The position numbers were made by a program, and so were the translations under genes. Positions 46,252 to 54,115 of a stretch of 64,000 nt of DNA are shown here, in pieces; the first letter of the stretch is position 1, and each line of letters starts with the position of its first letter. The notes beneath the pieces were generated by a model. It was not told the origin of the DNA, did not search any database, and worked only from the letters and a program-made list of their open reading frames with translations. The stretch is from a virus, in IMG/VR virus record IMGVR_UViG_3300035670_000119, positions 21,906 to 85,905 of that record; one strand, 5' to 3'.

Positions 46252-46551
46252 ATGACAACCAAACCTCAATACAGCTACGCCATTGGCGATCGCGTAGCAG
46301 AACGTCCCAAGACCCATGGCATCTACACACGACATGCTGATGTTCGTCAACGCATTGCTCAATACCGTAAGCAACGGTATGGCACAGTCGTTGACATCAG
46401 AACCAAACGCATCAATGGTGATCGCAAGATGAAAGTACTTGTGATCCAGTGGGATAATCTCAAAACACCTACTGAACATGCCAAGATGCGTATCTGTCCC
46501 ATCAGTGAACTGGACAGGCTGGCCAAGGAAACTATTGTGCCAGGGGAATGA
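46252..46551 (+). CDS. Hypothetical (SH3/KOW-like) protein
   Basis: YAIGDRV...YGTVV...IQWD. Confidence 0.6.
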   Translation: MTTKPQYSYAIGDRVAERPKTHGIYTRHADVRQRIAQYRKQRYGTVVDIRTKRINGDRKMKVLVIQWDNLKTPTEHAKMRICPISELDRLAKETIVPGE

Positions 46552-46748
46552 AAGATCTTAGACCTTTTATTGCTGCAGCAATTCTTTTCTTTGGGTTTTT
46601 GCTTTTGTTTTATGGAATCTTTTTCACTGACAAACCAGAGGCAACAAACTCAGCTAAGTTCCAGGTAATTGACACCTATCAAGGTTGTGAGGTAATCAGG
46701 TACACTGATCCAACACAACGCTGGTACTACTTCCTTAAATGCTCATGA
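46548..46748 (+). CDS. Small membrane protein
   Basis: Hydrophobic helix then FQVIDTYQGCEVIRY. Confidence 0.65.
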   Translation: MKDLRPFIAAAILFFGFLLLFYGIFFTDKPEATNSAKFQVIDTYQGCEVIRYTDPTQRWYYFLKCS

Positions 46749-47398
46749 GTGACGTCAAGCTGATCTGGGTAACACCCAATGCAGAAGAGATGATCGTGAA
46801 AATGGCACGCGTAAGTGCGCCATCAAACCAAGACAACATGGAGACTGCGCCTAAGTTATTGCGTTATCTGATTAAACACAAGCACTGGTCACCGTTTGAG
46901 ATGGCCAACATGTGTGTTGAAATCAACACAACACGTGGTATTTCACCACAGATCTTGAGGCATCGTTCATTTAGTTTCCAGGAATTCAGTCTGCGTTATG
47001 CAGATGTCTCAGAGGTGGGCAGTATTGTAATGCCGCATCTTCGTAGCCAGGACTACAAGAACAGGCAAAACTCCAACGACGATCTCAAGGAACGTCTTGG
47101 TGGTGAGAAGCTTGCTCACTTCTACAGACGCATGTCTACTATCCTGGAAGACTCCAAGCATCTGTACCAGGAGATGATCAGTGAAGGTGTAGCAAAAGAG
47201 TCAGCGCGTTTTGTACTGCCTCTTGCAGCACCTACCCGTCTTTATATGAACGGAACTCTTCGTTCATTTATTCATTACCTACAAGTTCGTTGTGACCCAA
47301 GCACCCAAGCAGAGCACCGAGAAATTGCAGAAGCAATCAAAGAAATCTTTTGCAAACAATTCCCTATCATTGGAGAAGCAGCCTTTACAAGAGCCTGA
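46745..47398 (+). CDS. thyX: FAD-dependent thymidylate synthase
   Basis: HWSPFE, QILRHRSFSFQEFSLRY, ESARFVLP, TQAEHR. Confidence 0.95.
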   Translation: MSDVKLIWVTPNAEEMIVKMARVSAPSNQDNMETAPKLLRYLIKHKHWSPFEMANMCVEINTTRGISPQILRHRSFSFQEFSLRYADVSEVGSIVMPHLRSQDYKNRQNSNDDLKERLGGEKLAHFYRRMSTILEDSKHLYQEMISEGVAKESARFVLPLAAPTRLYMNGTLRSFIHYLQVRCDPSTQAEHREIAEAIKEIFCKQFPIIGEAAFTRA

Positions 47399-47399
47399 T

Positions 47400-47445
47400 G
47401 AACTAAAGCAATGGCGATCAGAAGGTCGCGGTGCTTTGTTCTTTT
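47400..47445 (+). terminator. Long hairpin plus T-run after thyX
   Basis: GAAC.AAAGCA..GCGATC-AGAA-GGTCGC..TGCTTT-GTTC-TTTT. Confidence 0.45.
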
Positions 47446-47475
47446 AACTTAGTGACTTGCTCTAATCACCTTCCA

Positions 47476-47844
47476 ATGACACAACAACATCCCATCACCC
47501 CACCGCCGGAGCTGGTGCAGCAGTGGGTGAATCAGTTTGCGGGCAATCAGGAATGTATGCCTGAGCAAATTTACATTGCAAGAGCCGCCGCCCAATGGGG
47601 CGCCGACCAGGAGCTGGAGGCGTGTTGTGAGTGGTTACAAGATCCTGATCTGAATGTGGACACTTACAAACTTCGCGCCGCCCGCCGCCCAAAGCAGTCG
47701 TCGTTGAAGGAGCAATCTATTGCCTTGCTTGACTTGATTCAAGGAAGCAAGAAGACTTGGCAGCTTGAAGACCTAGACGTGGTTCGCCGCGCTCTTGAAT
47801 CAATCCCCGACCATACAAGTGAGGAACGTTACGATGTCGGATAA
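47476..47844 (+). CDS. AAQWGADQELEACC family paralog
   Basis: MTQQHPITPPPELVQQW...AAQWGADQELEACC. Confidence 0.75.
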   Translation: MTQQHPITPPPELVQQWVNQFAGNQECMPEQIYIARAAAQWGADQELEACCEWLQDPDLNVDTYKLRAARRPKQSSLKEQSIALLDLIQGSKKTWQLEDLDVVRRALESIPDHTSEERYDVG

Positions 47845-48043
47845 GCAATTCATTATGAAGAATTTGGCCCTTGACACGGAAAAATCGTTTTCGGAAAACA
47901 CCGCTCCCAAGTGGCTTACCTGCGAAAACACTGTACCCGGATCAACTATGGACGATAGATGGTTCTGGGAAAAGCATGTACTCACACTTGAAGTCGGAGA
48001 GTCAATAGATACCGACTTTCGACGCATTACAAGAACGGCTTGA
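47834..48043 (+). CDS. Hypothetical protein
   Basis: GAGG SD-like sequence before ATG 47834. Confidence 0.6.
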   Translation: MSDKQFIMKNLALDTEKSFSENTAPKWLTCENTVPGSTMDDRWFWEKHVLTLEVGESIDTDFRRITRTA

Positions 48044-48084
48044 CTGATGTGTCACTAACAACCCTCGTAGTGGAACCCACTTCT

Positions 48085-48336
48085 ATGCCTGAACTTTCAC
48101 CCACCGCGCAGGCAGTCCTTACTGCGTACAACCAGCGGGAATTGGCAGCTAAGCGAACAACCGCACTCGCCGCCGCCCTGCGAGCTGCTGCAGATCAGGT
48201 GGTGCCGAATGAACCAGCTCCGACAGGTATGAGGCCAGCAGGAGATGTGTACTCCAGCCGAGAGATACGACGTGGACAGCGACAAGAAACACGAAGCCAG
48301 CTCCTCGCCATCGCTGCCGAACTAGAAAACCAATGA
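48085..48336 (+). CDS. ELSP-AALRAAADQVVP family paralog
   Basis: MPELSPTAQAVL...LRAAADQVVP...LLAIAAELE. Confidence 0.75.
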   Translation: MPELSPTAQAVLTAYNQRELAAKRTTALAAALRAAADQVVPNEPAPTGMRPAGDVYSSREIRRGQRQETRSQLLAIAAELENQ

Positions 48337-48566
48337 CTGAACTTTCTTCCGCTGCAACTGCAGTTTTAAATGCCTACATGAATAACTGTGGCTGGCTCGA
48401 TGGTCCGTTTGAAAAAGACTATCGCTGTGCCGCTGCCGTTCTTCGTGCTGCTGCGGATCAGGTGGTTCCAGCGCCACGTCTTCCGTATGATTCTTGCTGT
48501 GATGTAAATGCATCAGCAATACGCGCCGAACTTTTAGCCATTGCTATTGAACTTGAAACCCAGTAG
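48333..48566 (+). CDS. ELS-AVLRAAADQVVP family paralog
   Basis: MTELSSAATAVL...LRAAADQVVP...LLAIAIELE. Confidence 0.75.
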   Translation: MTELSSAATAVLNAYMNNCGWLDGPFEKDYRCAAAVLRAAADQVVPAPRLPYDSCCDVNASAIRAELLAIAIELETQ

Positions 48567-48585
48567 TCATTACCACTAATCACCC

Positions 48586-49008
48586 ATGACACAAGAACAT
48601 CCCATTGTTCCACCGAAACTGTTAGTAGAAGAATGGGTCAATGACTACTGGGCAAAGCGTCCGCAGGAGGGGTACAACCGGTATATTGCTACCCGTGCAG
48701 CTCAATGGGGCAAAGATCAGGGCAAGGAAGAAATCAAGCGCGAACGGCAAGAAGCCGCTGATCAAGAGCTGGAGGCGTGCTGCCAGGTGCTGTATGACAG
48801 GTACGACAGTGTTCGCCATGCAACTGGGTTTCCTGGAAGCGATATGAGCGATTGGCTCCGCGCCGTTCGCCGCCCCAAGCCGCCGAGCTTGAAGGAGCAG
48901 GCGCTTGAAATTGTGAGGGGAACTCCAGCAAACAGCGCCGGACTTTATTCCTATGAACACATAGAAATTATCCGCCGCGCCCTAGAACAACTCCCCGACA
49001 ACGAGTAG
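48586..49008 (+). CDS. AAQWG...ADQELEACC family paralog
   Basis: MTQEHPIVPPKLLVEEW...AAQWG(insert)ADQELEACC...SLKEQ...RRALE. Confidence 0.75.
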   Translation: MTQEHPIVPPKLLVEEWVNDYWAKRPQEGYNRYIATRAAQWGKDQGKEEIKRERQEAADQELEACCQVLYDRYDSVRHATGFPGSDMSDWLRAVRRPKPPSLKEQALEIVRGTPANSAGLYSYEHIEIIRRALEQLPDNE

Positions 49009-49022
49009 TCGCTTCCACTTCT

Positions 49023-49100
49023 ATGCCTGAAATTCTCTTTGCGATTTGCCTCACTATCGTTTGCCTTGCTGTCCTGGACTTTTGCCAGCGGCCCTCGTAG
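49023..49100 (+). CDS. 25-aa hydrophobic mini-protein MPEILFAICLTIVCLAVLDFCQRPS
   Basis: Manual translation; exactly bounded by two junction sites. Confidence 0.45.
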   Translation: MPEILFAICLTIVCLAVLDFCQRPS

Positions 49101-49222
49101 TCACCTTCCCTAAAAGGTAGCAACACTTTGTTTTTGCAATTCTTTGATGGCATGCTTGGACTCAACATCCGAGCGTGTCATCTTTTTCTTTTTGTTAACC
49201 AGGTAAACGATCAATGCTTTGT

Positions 49223-49375
49223 TCATTTGATTTGTCCTCCGGTGACGTAAGGGAAGTAACAGACGTTACGATACTTCAAACAGAGCCAGGGGCGATGTGC
49301 TAAATTCCACCAGGCCCTGTCTGCCTTGGCTTGATCTTCTTGGTTGTATTTGCAACCGCGATACGTTAACGTCAT
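49223..49375 (-). CDS. DUF4278-like cyanobacterial small protein
   Basis: MTLTYRGCKY...LKYRNVCY duplicated motif; TATACT upstream. Confidence 0.7.
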   Translation of the reverse strand: MTLTYRGCKYNQEDQAKADRAWWNLAHRPWLCLKYRNVCYFPYVTGGQIK

Positions 49376-49451
49376 TGCTTTAGTATCTATTGATACGAAA
49401 AGTATATGACGATTGATGTACATGATGTCGTTCACTCTGTAACACAACACC

Positions 49452-49718
49452 ATGAACATGATTGCATCTTTTAAGGTACCTGTTGCTTTTTATTTGGATT
49501 ATGAACAACAACAAGAAGCAAGGAGAGCAATCAATACGTATTATCTTGGCGAAGCTGAGTGCAATTATTTAGATCCAGGAACAAAAGAGTATCTTCCAAA
49601 ACATCCCGAAAAAGAAACTAAAGAGTTTAAAGAAGCTAGTAAAAATGTGTCTTGCGAGTGGATTGAGTATGTAACTGTTGGACTTGACTCGAATGGTTGT
49701 CTATCTCTTATTAGCTAA
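49452..49718 (+). CDS. Hypothetical protein
   Basis: CAACACC-ATG. Confidence 0.65.
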   Translation: MNMIASFKVPVAFYLDYEQQQEARRAINTYYLGEAECNYLDPGTKEYLPKHPEKETKEFKEASKNVSCEWIEYVTVGLDSNGCLSLIS

Positions 49719-49738
49719 ACATTCCCGAACGGGAAGAT

Positions 49739-49766
49739 GGACCTGAGCACGTCCTTAAACTACTCA
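49739..49766 (+). promoter_or_regulatory. Pseudoknot leader motif copy 5
   Basis: GGAC-CTGAGCAC-GTCC-TTAAAC-TACTCA. Confidence 0.7.
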
Positions 49767-49801
49767 TCAGTTTTCTTTATCATTCAGCTCAACTCAACAC
49801 C

Positions 49802-50566
49802 ATGAAACTTCTCAAGTTTTCCACCGGCAACGGCAAGCTCAAGAACCGACTCATCTTTAACCTGCCTGCTGGTTATGCATGCCCGCACGCTGGTGTGTGC
49901 AAGACCTTTGCTGATCGCACCACAGGTCAGATCACTGACTTGCCTCAGTACACAGGTGTCACAGCAGACCTTGAGTACCGCTGCTTTGCTGCCATGGCAG
50001 AGACCCGTCCCACCGTACGGGAAGCACGCTGGCACAACTGGGATCTACTGCGTGAAACCATTCACATGAATGGGAACCAAGCTGTGCTGTTGCGTGATCT
50101 GATCGACCTATCACTCTTGATGCAGCCAGCTAAAGAACTCATCCGTATCCATGAGAGCGGTGATTTCTGGACCGAGAACTATATGAAGGCGTGGATCATG
50201 GTTGCACAAAGTCGTCCACAACAGAAGTTCTATGCATACACCAAGTCTCTTGGTATGTGGTACAACTTGCGTGACATCATTCCTGACAACTTTTATCTCA
50301 CCGCATCACACGGCGGTACGCTCGATTACCTGATCGACAAGTATCCTGATGTGTACCAGCGGGTTGCTCACGTTGTCTATACAGAAGAGCAGGCGGCAGA
50401 GCTTGGACTCAGCATCGATCATGATGACAGCCATTGCTTAGGTAACAAGCCGTTTGCACTCCTGGTCCATGGATCCCAACGTGCTGGGTCTGATGCCATG
50501 GCTGCTATCACACAACGCAAGAAAGATGGCAAGTTTGTAGGCTACGGTAAGACAAACAAGAAATAA
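49802..50566 (+). CDS. Gp88-like (radical-SAM-related) phage protein
   Basis: GNGKL...FNLPAGYACPHAGVC...CFA...IRIHESGDF...FYAYTKS. Confidence 0.75.
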   Translation: MKLLKFSTGNGKLKNRLIFNLPAGYACPHAGVCKTFADRTTGQITDLPQYTGVTADLEYRCFAAMAETRPTVREARWHNWDLLRETIHMNGNQAVLLRDLIDLSLLMQPAKELIRIHESGDFWTENYMKAWIMVAQSRPQQKFYAYTKSLGMWYNLRDIIPDNFYLTASHGGTLDYLIDKYPDVYQRVAHVVYTEEQAAELGLSIDHDDSHCLGNKPFALLVHGSQRAGSDAMAAITQRKKDGKFVGYGKTNKK

Positions 50567-50628
50567 TTCTGTAGACACTTGCGGATCAGGTGAAATCAGA
50601 TATCATGCACCTGTCTTTCATCTGATCC

Positions 50629-50862
50629 ATGTCTTACGTCATTGCTTGTTGGCAGGAGGGCAAGCCTTATGCCATTACTGCCAACAGTAAATCCAATGCA
50701 TTTGAGTTGATTCCGCTAAACTCTGATGTAGCTTTAAACAAGATCTTCTCTCATCCCTACAGGGCTGGAGCACAGCAGATCTTGACGTGGATCAACAGCA
50801 ATGACCAAGACCTTGCCGGTAAAGAACTCCAGGTTCGAGATGAATCCGAATTCCGTAAATGA
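50629..50862 (+). CDS. Hypothetical protein
   Basis: 77-aa ORF upstream of the polymerase. Confidence 0.65.
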   Translation: MSYVIACWQEGKPYAITANSKSNAFELIPLNSDVALNKIFSHPYRAGAQQILTWINSNDQDLAGKELQVRDESEFRK

Positions 50863-52663
50863 CAAATGGTTTGTATTTGATTTGGAATCGGATGGACTCT
50901 ATGACAAGGTCACTAAAATCCATTGCATTGTTATCTATGACATCACAGGCCAACAAACTTTTACTTATGGGCCTGATCGCATTGCTGATGCTATTGCTCA
51001 TCTGGCAACCGCTGATGTTTTGATTGGCCATAATGTTTGTTTCTACGACATACCTGTTCTGCAAAAGTTGCATTCATTTGATTGCAAAGCACGCATTATT
51101 GACACACTCATTTGCACACGATTGATCTGGCCTAAGGAGAAACTCTATGAACTTGACGAAGAACAATATCCGCAGGTTCCAAAGAAGAACCGAGGTGCCG
51201 CATCACTTAAGGCCTGGGGATGGCGCTTGGCCGATCATAAGATCGACTTCAAAGACTTCTCCGAATATTCTGAAGAGATGCTTGCGTATTGTCAGCAAGA
51301 CGTTGCAGTCACGACGAAACTCTGGGCGCACATCACTAAACAAAACTATCCGCAGTCAGCGCTTAAGCTGGAGCACGACTTTGCCAATGCAATTAATAAA
51401 CAAATTAGAGCAGGTGTTCCTTTTGATGTGGATGCAGCTCTTGATCTTGTGGATAATCTCCGAGCAAAAGAAACACAGCTGGAGTCACAACTAAAAGAAA
51501 TCTTTCCTCCTATCAAGCACAGTACTTGGTTTACACCCAAAGTAAACAACGCAACACGTGGTTATGTCAAGGGAGTTCCTTTTGAAAAAATCCGATACGA
51601 AGAATTCAATCCTGGATCTCGTGACCAAATTGTTGAGCGACTCAAAAGTAAGTACGGATGGGAACCTGAAAAAACAACTGAAAAAGGAAATCCAATCCTT
51701 AATGATGAAGTGTTAGAACAGCTGCCATACCCAGAGGCCAAGCCCCTGGCAGAATATATGCTCGTCAAGAAACGTCTAGGTCAAATCATTGATGGAAACA
51801 ACTCTTGGCTCAAGCTGGTTAATAATGACAGCGGTTGCATGCACGGTGACGTTGTCACTAATGGTTGCATCACTGGTCGTGCTAGTCACCGATACCCAAA
51901 CATGGGTCAGGTCCCTGCAGGTTATTCGCCATACGGTAAGGAGTGCCGTTCATTATTTCATGCGCCACAAGGATGGAACATGATTGGTATTGATGCCAAA
52001 GCTTTGGAGTTACGTTGTCTTGCCGGTTATCTAGCCCTGTGGGATAACGGAGAATATGCACGTGTTGTAACAAACCCTGACATTGACATTCACGTATACA
52101 ACCAAGAAAGGTTTGGTGTTGAAACACGTGACATAAGTAAGAGATTGCTTTATGCCGTACTGTATGGTGCAGGTAATCTCAAGGCAGGTACTATTATTAA
52201 CCCAAATGAAAAAGATGAAGAAGTTCTGCGACAACTAGGAAGAACTGCAATTAATTCATTCATGAAAGGTGTGCCTGCACTTAAAGCACTTAAGGAACAA
52301 ATCGATGGTTACATTAGATCCAGGGGTTATCTCATTGGTCTTGATCGCCGTATTTTATATTGTCGCTCAGCGTTTAAAGGATTGAATGTCCTGTTGCAAT
52401 CAGCAGGTGCAATCTTAATGAAACAAGTTGTCATTAACATTCATGAGAACATTGAACATAAGCTTGGCTTGGTCCATGACCAAGACTGGCAGCAAGTCTT
52501 GATGGTCCATGATGAAGTACAGATTGTTTGTAAGCCTGAACACACAGAACGCATCCGTGATCAGGCCATGGCAGCCTTCCCGCAAGCACAGAAATTCTTT
52601 GGCTTCCAGTGTGAGATCGAAGGCGATTCTCGTGTAGGATCCAGCTGGGCAGAGACGCACTAA
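50840..52663 (+). CDS. polA: T7-type family A DNA polymerase with 3'-5' exonuclease
   Basis: FDLESDG, IGHN...YDIP, GIDAKALELR (motif A), RDISKRLLYAVLYGAG (motif B, Tyr762 type), VHDEVQ (motif C). Confidence 0.95.
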   Translation: MNPNSVNDKWFVFDLESDGLYDKVTKIHCIVIYDITGQQTFTYGPDRIADAIAHLATADVLIGHNVCFYDIPVLQKLHSFDCKARIIDTLICTRLIWPKEKLYELDEEQYPQVPKKNRGAASLKAWGWRLADHKIDFKDFSEYSEEMLAYCQQDVAVTTKLWAHITKQNYPQSALKLEHDFANAINKQIRAGVPFDVDAALDLVDNLRAKETQLESQLKEIFPPIKHSTWFTPKVNNATRGYVKGVPFEKIRYEEFNPGSRDQIVERLKSKYGWEPEKTTEKGNPILNDEVLEQLPYPEAKPLAEYMLVKKRLGQIIDGNNSWLKLVNNDSGCMHGDVVTNGCITGRASHRYPNMGQVPAGYSPYGKECRSLFHAPQGWNMIGIDAKALELRCLAGYLALWDNGEYARVVTNPDIDIHVYNQERFGVETRDISKRLLYAVLYGAGNLKAGTIINPNEKDEEVLRQLGRTAINSFMKGVPALKALKEQIDGYIRSRGYLIGLDRRILYCRSAFKGLNVLLQSAGAILMKQVVINIHENIEHKLGLVHDQDWQQVLMVHDEVQIVCKPEHTERIRDQAMAAFPQAQKFFGFQCEIEGDSRVGSSWAETH

Positions 52664-52668
52664 CTACC

Positions 52669-52920
52669 ATGGCAACCAAACGCACACCTACTCTTAAACA
52701 ACTTTTTAATACATGGAAAAGGTATAAAAAAATACAAAGTCAACTAACACAAATTCAACACGAGTTAAACAGCATGGCTCAAAAGATTGACTATGCTACT
52801 GAGTTAATTCGTGATGAAGATAATGTATATAGAGTTACTGCCAAGGGCCGTTATGGTTGTTATGAAATTGAACAAATTGCTTGCGCAGAAGAACTAAACA
52901 ATCTCCTAACCAACTCCTAA
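52669..52920 (+). CDS. Hypothetical protein
   Basis: 83-aa ORF. Confidence 0.6.
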   Translation: MATKRTPTLKQLFNTWKRYKKIQSQLTQIQHELNSMAQKIDYATELIRDEDNVYRVTAKGRYGCYEIEQIACAEELNNLLTNS

Positions 52921-52940
52921 TTATCTCCAAATTAGGAGTT

Positions 52941-52968
52941 CGTCCTAAGCATGACGTTAAACTGCTTT
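52941..52968 (+). promoter_or_regulatory. Pseudoknot leader motif copy 6
   Basis: CGTC-CTAAGCAT-GACG-TTAAAC-TGCTT. Confidence 0.7.
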
Positions 52969-52988
52969 AACACTACCCATCTGATCTG

Positions 52989-53807
52989 ATGAATTACGTT
53001 GATGTTTGTGCAATCCTGAACGAGGAACCTCGTCAGGTGTATACAAGTGCAACCGCATTCAATTACTGCGCAGAAGTAACGCTTCCGCCAGCTAGCAACA
53101 ACAAAGCTCCTACCGTACTTGCCCTCAATGTCTACGGGAAAACTGGCGAAGCATTCAAGGGAATGCCTAAAGGAGCCAGGATTTATATTCACGGCGCCAA
53201 GTTACGGTTTGATGTCCAATCAAAAACGTATTCGCTCCATGGAGGAGTTGTTGCTCAAGTTACTGAAGCATTCCCCGTCTTTAACGACGTGATCTTAACT
53301 GGTCGTTGCATCAAAGATATTGATCAAACAGATGCACGCGCTTTTAAAACAACGGCTGATGGTTTGATGATTGCCAATCAAACACTATCAGTTAATACTG
53401 GTCGCAACCAAGCTGATCTGTTCAACTTCTACGCTATTAACACAGCGCAAGACAAGTTCAATCAAGCTGAATTGCTTGTGAACTTTACCAAGAAGGGAAC
53501 AGGTATTACGATTCGTGCTCGCCTTGTTACCGATGCATGGACCGATAAAGAAACACAAGAGCGGCGAAGTGTTACCAAGTTACAGTTGATTAATATGACT
53601 CTTGCTCCTAAGAGCAGTGAGTCTCAACCGAAACAAGTGACATCTCAGACAACGGTTGCATCCACCGAGAATGTTGCTAACCTATGGGGCGGCAAGACCG
53701 TTGAGGAGTCCACTGATCCCTGGACTGCAGGCCCCAACACTGGACTGCCTGACCTCCCTGGTCAATACGGCAACGCACCTGAATTTAACGACGAACCTCC
53801 ATTCTGA
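52989..53807 (+). CDS. ssb: Single-stranded DNA-binding protein with two OB folds
   Basis: NDVILTGR...KKGTGITIRARLVTDAWTDKET..RS; acidic tail NDEPPF; N-terminal OB-like copy. Confidence 0.75.
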   Translation: MNYVDVCAILNEEPRQVYTSATAFNYCAEVTLPPASNNKAPTVLALNVYGKTGEAFKGMPKGARIYIHGAKLRFDVQSKTYSLHGGVVAQVTEAFPVFNDVILTGRCIKDIDQTDARAFKTTADGLMIANQTLSVNTGRNQADLFNFYAINTAQDKFNQAELLVNFTKKGTGITIRARLVTDAWTDKETQERRSVTKLQLINMTLAPKSSESQPKQVTSQTTVASTENVANLWGGKTVEESTDPWTAGPNTGLPDLPGQYGNAPEFNDEPPF

Positions 53808-54061
53808 TGTCAACTCAGCCCGAAGATCAATTTACTTTCCTCTATGAGGACGGTAAACGTAAAGTCCTGCATGAGTTCCAGGGCATTGCAACTGATGAAA
53901 TTGTTGATGAGATGATCCAATTCCTTCGTGGTGTTGGGCATCTCGAAATCAATATCATCGAACGGCTGCATGAAATCTCAAGACAATATCTTGAGTTATA
54001 TGAAGCTACGTCAACGATCAAACTGCCGATGCAGCAGGATGATCTTGATGAAGTAGAGTGA
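53807..54061 (+). CDS. Hypothetical protein
   Basis: HEF...DEIVDEMIQFLRGVG pattern; TGATG coupling. Confidence 0.7.
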   Translation: MSTQPEDQFTFLYEDGKRKVLHEFQGIATDEIVDEMIQFLRGVGHLEINIIERLHEISRQYLELYEATSTIKLPMQQDDLDEVE

Positions 54062-54066
54062 TCTCT

Positions 54067-54093
54067 CGTCCTCTGGTACGACGTTAAACTGCC
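54067..54093 (+). promoter_or_regulatory. Pseudoknot leader motif copy 7
   Basis: CGTC-CTCTGGTAC-GACG-TTAAAC-TGCC. Confidence 0.65.
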
Positions 54094-54115
54094 TGTCCTT
54101 GACTACGAAACAACC

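Larger units (their letters stand above)
47450..49112 (+). repeat. Five TAGT-N7-(A)CTW junction sites (47450, 48068, 48564, 49006, 49098)
   Basis: Imperfect inverted arms around a 7-nt spacer at gene boundaries. Confidence 0.65.

Noticed and set aside
47395-47445. CTGATGA suggesting a hammerhead ribozyme
   Set aside because: No GAAA core after the stem; reads as a stop codon plus terminator-like hairpin.
46137-47799. Possible DGR template/variable repeat pair
   Set aside because: Mismatches are not adenine-specific, are mostly synonymous, and no reverse transcriptase is visible.
47450-49112. CRISPR-like or mini-array interpretation of the junction repeats
   Set aside because: Repeats are short and degenerate, spacing ranges from about 90 to 620 nt, and the intervals are intact ORFs.
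50840-52663. Intein, intron or stop-codon recoding in core genes
   Set aside because: PolA, TerL and ThyX are uninterrupted and normal in size under the standard code.
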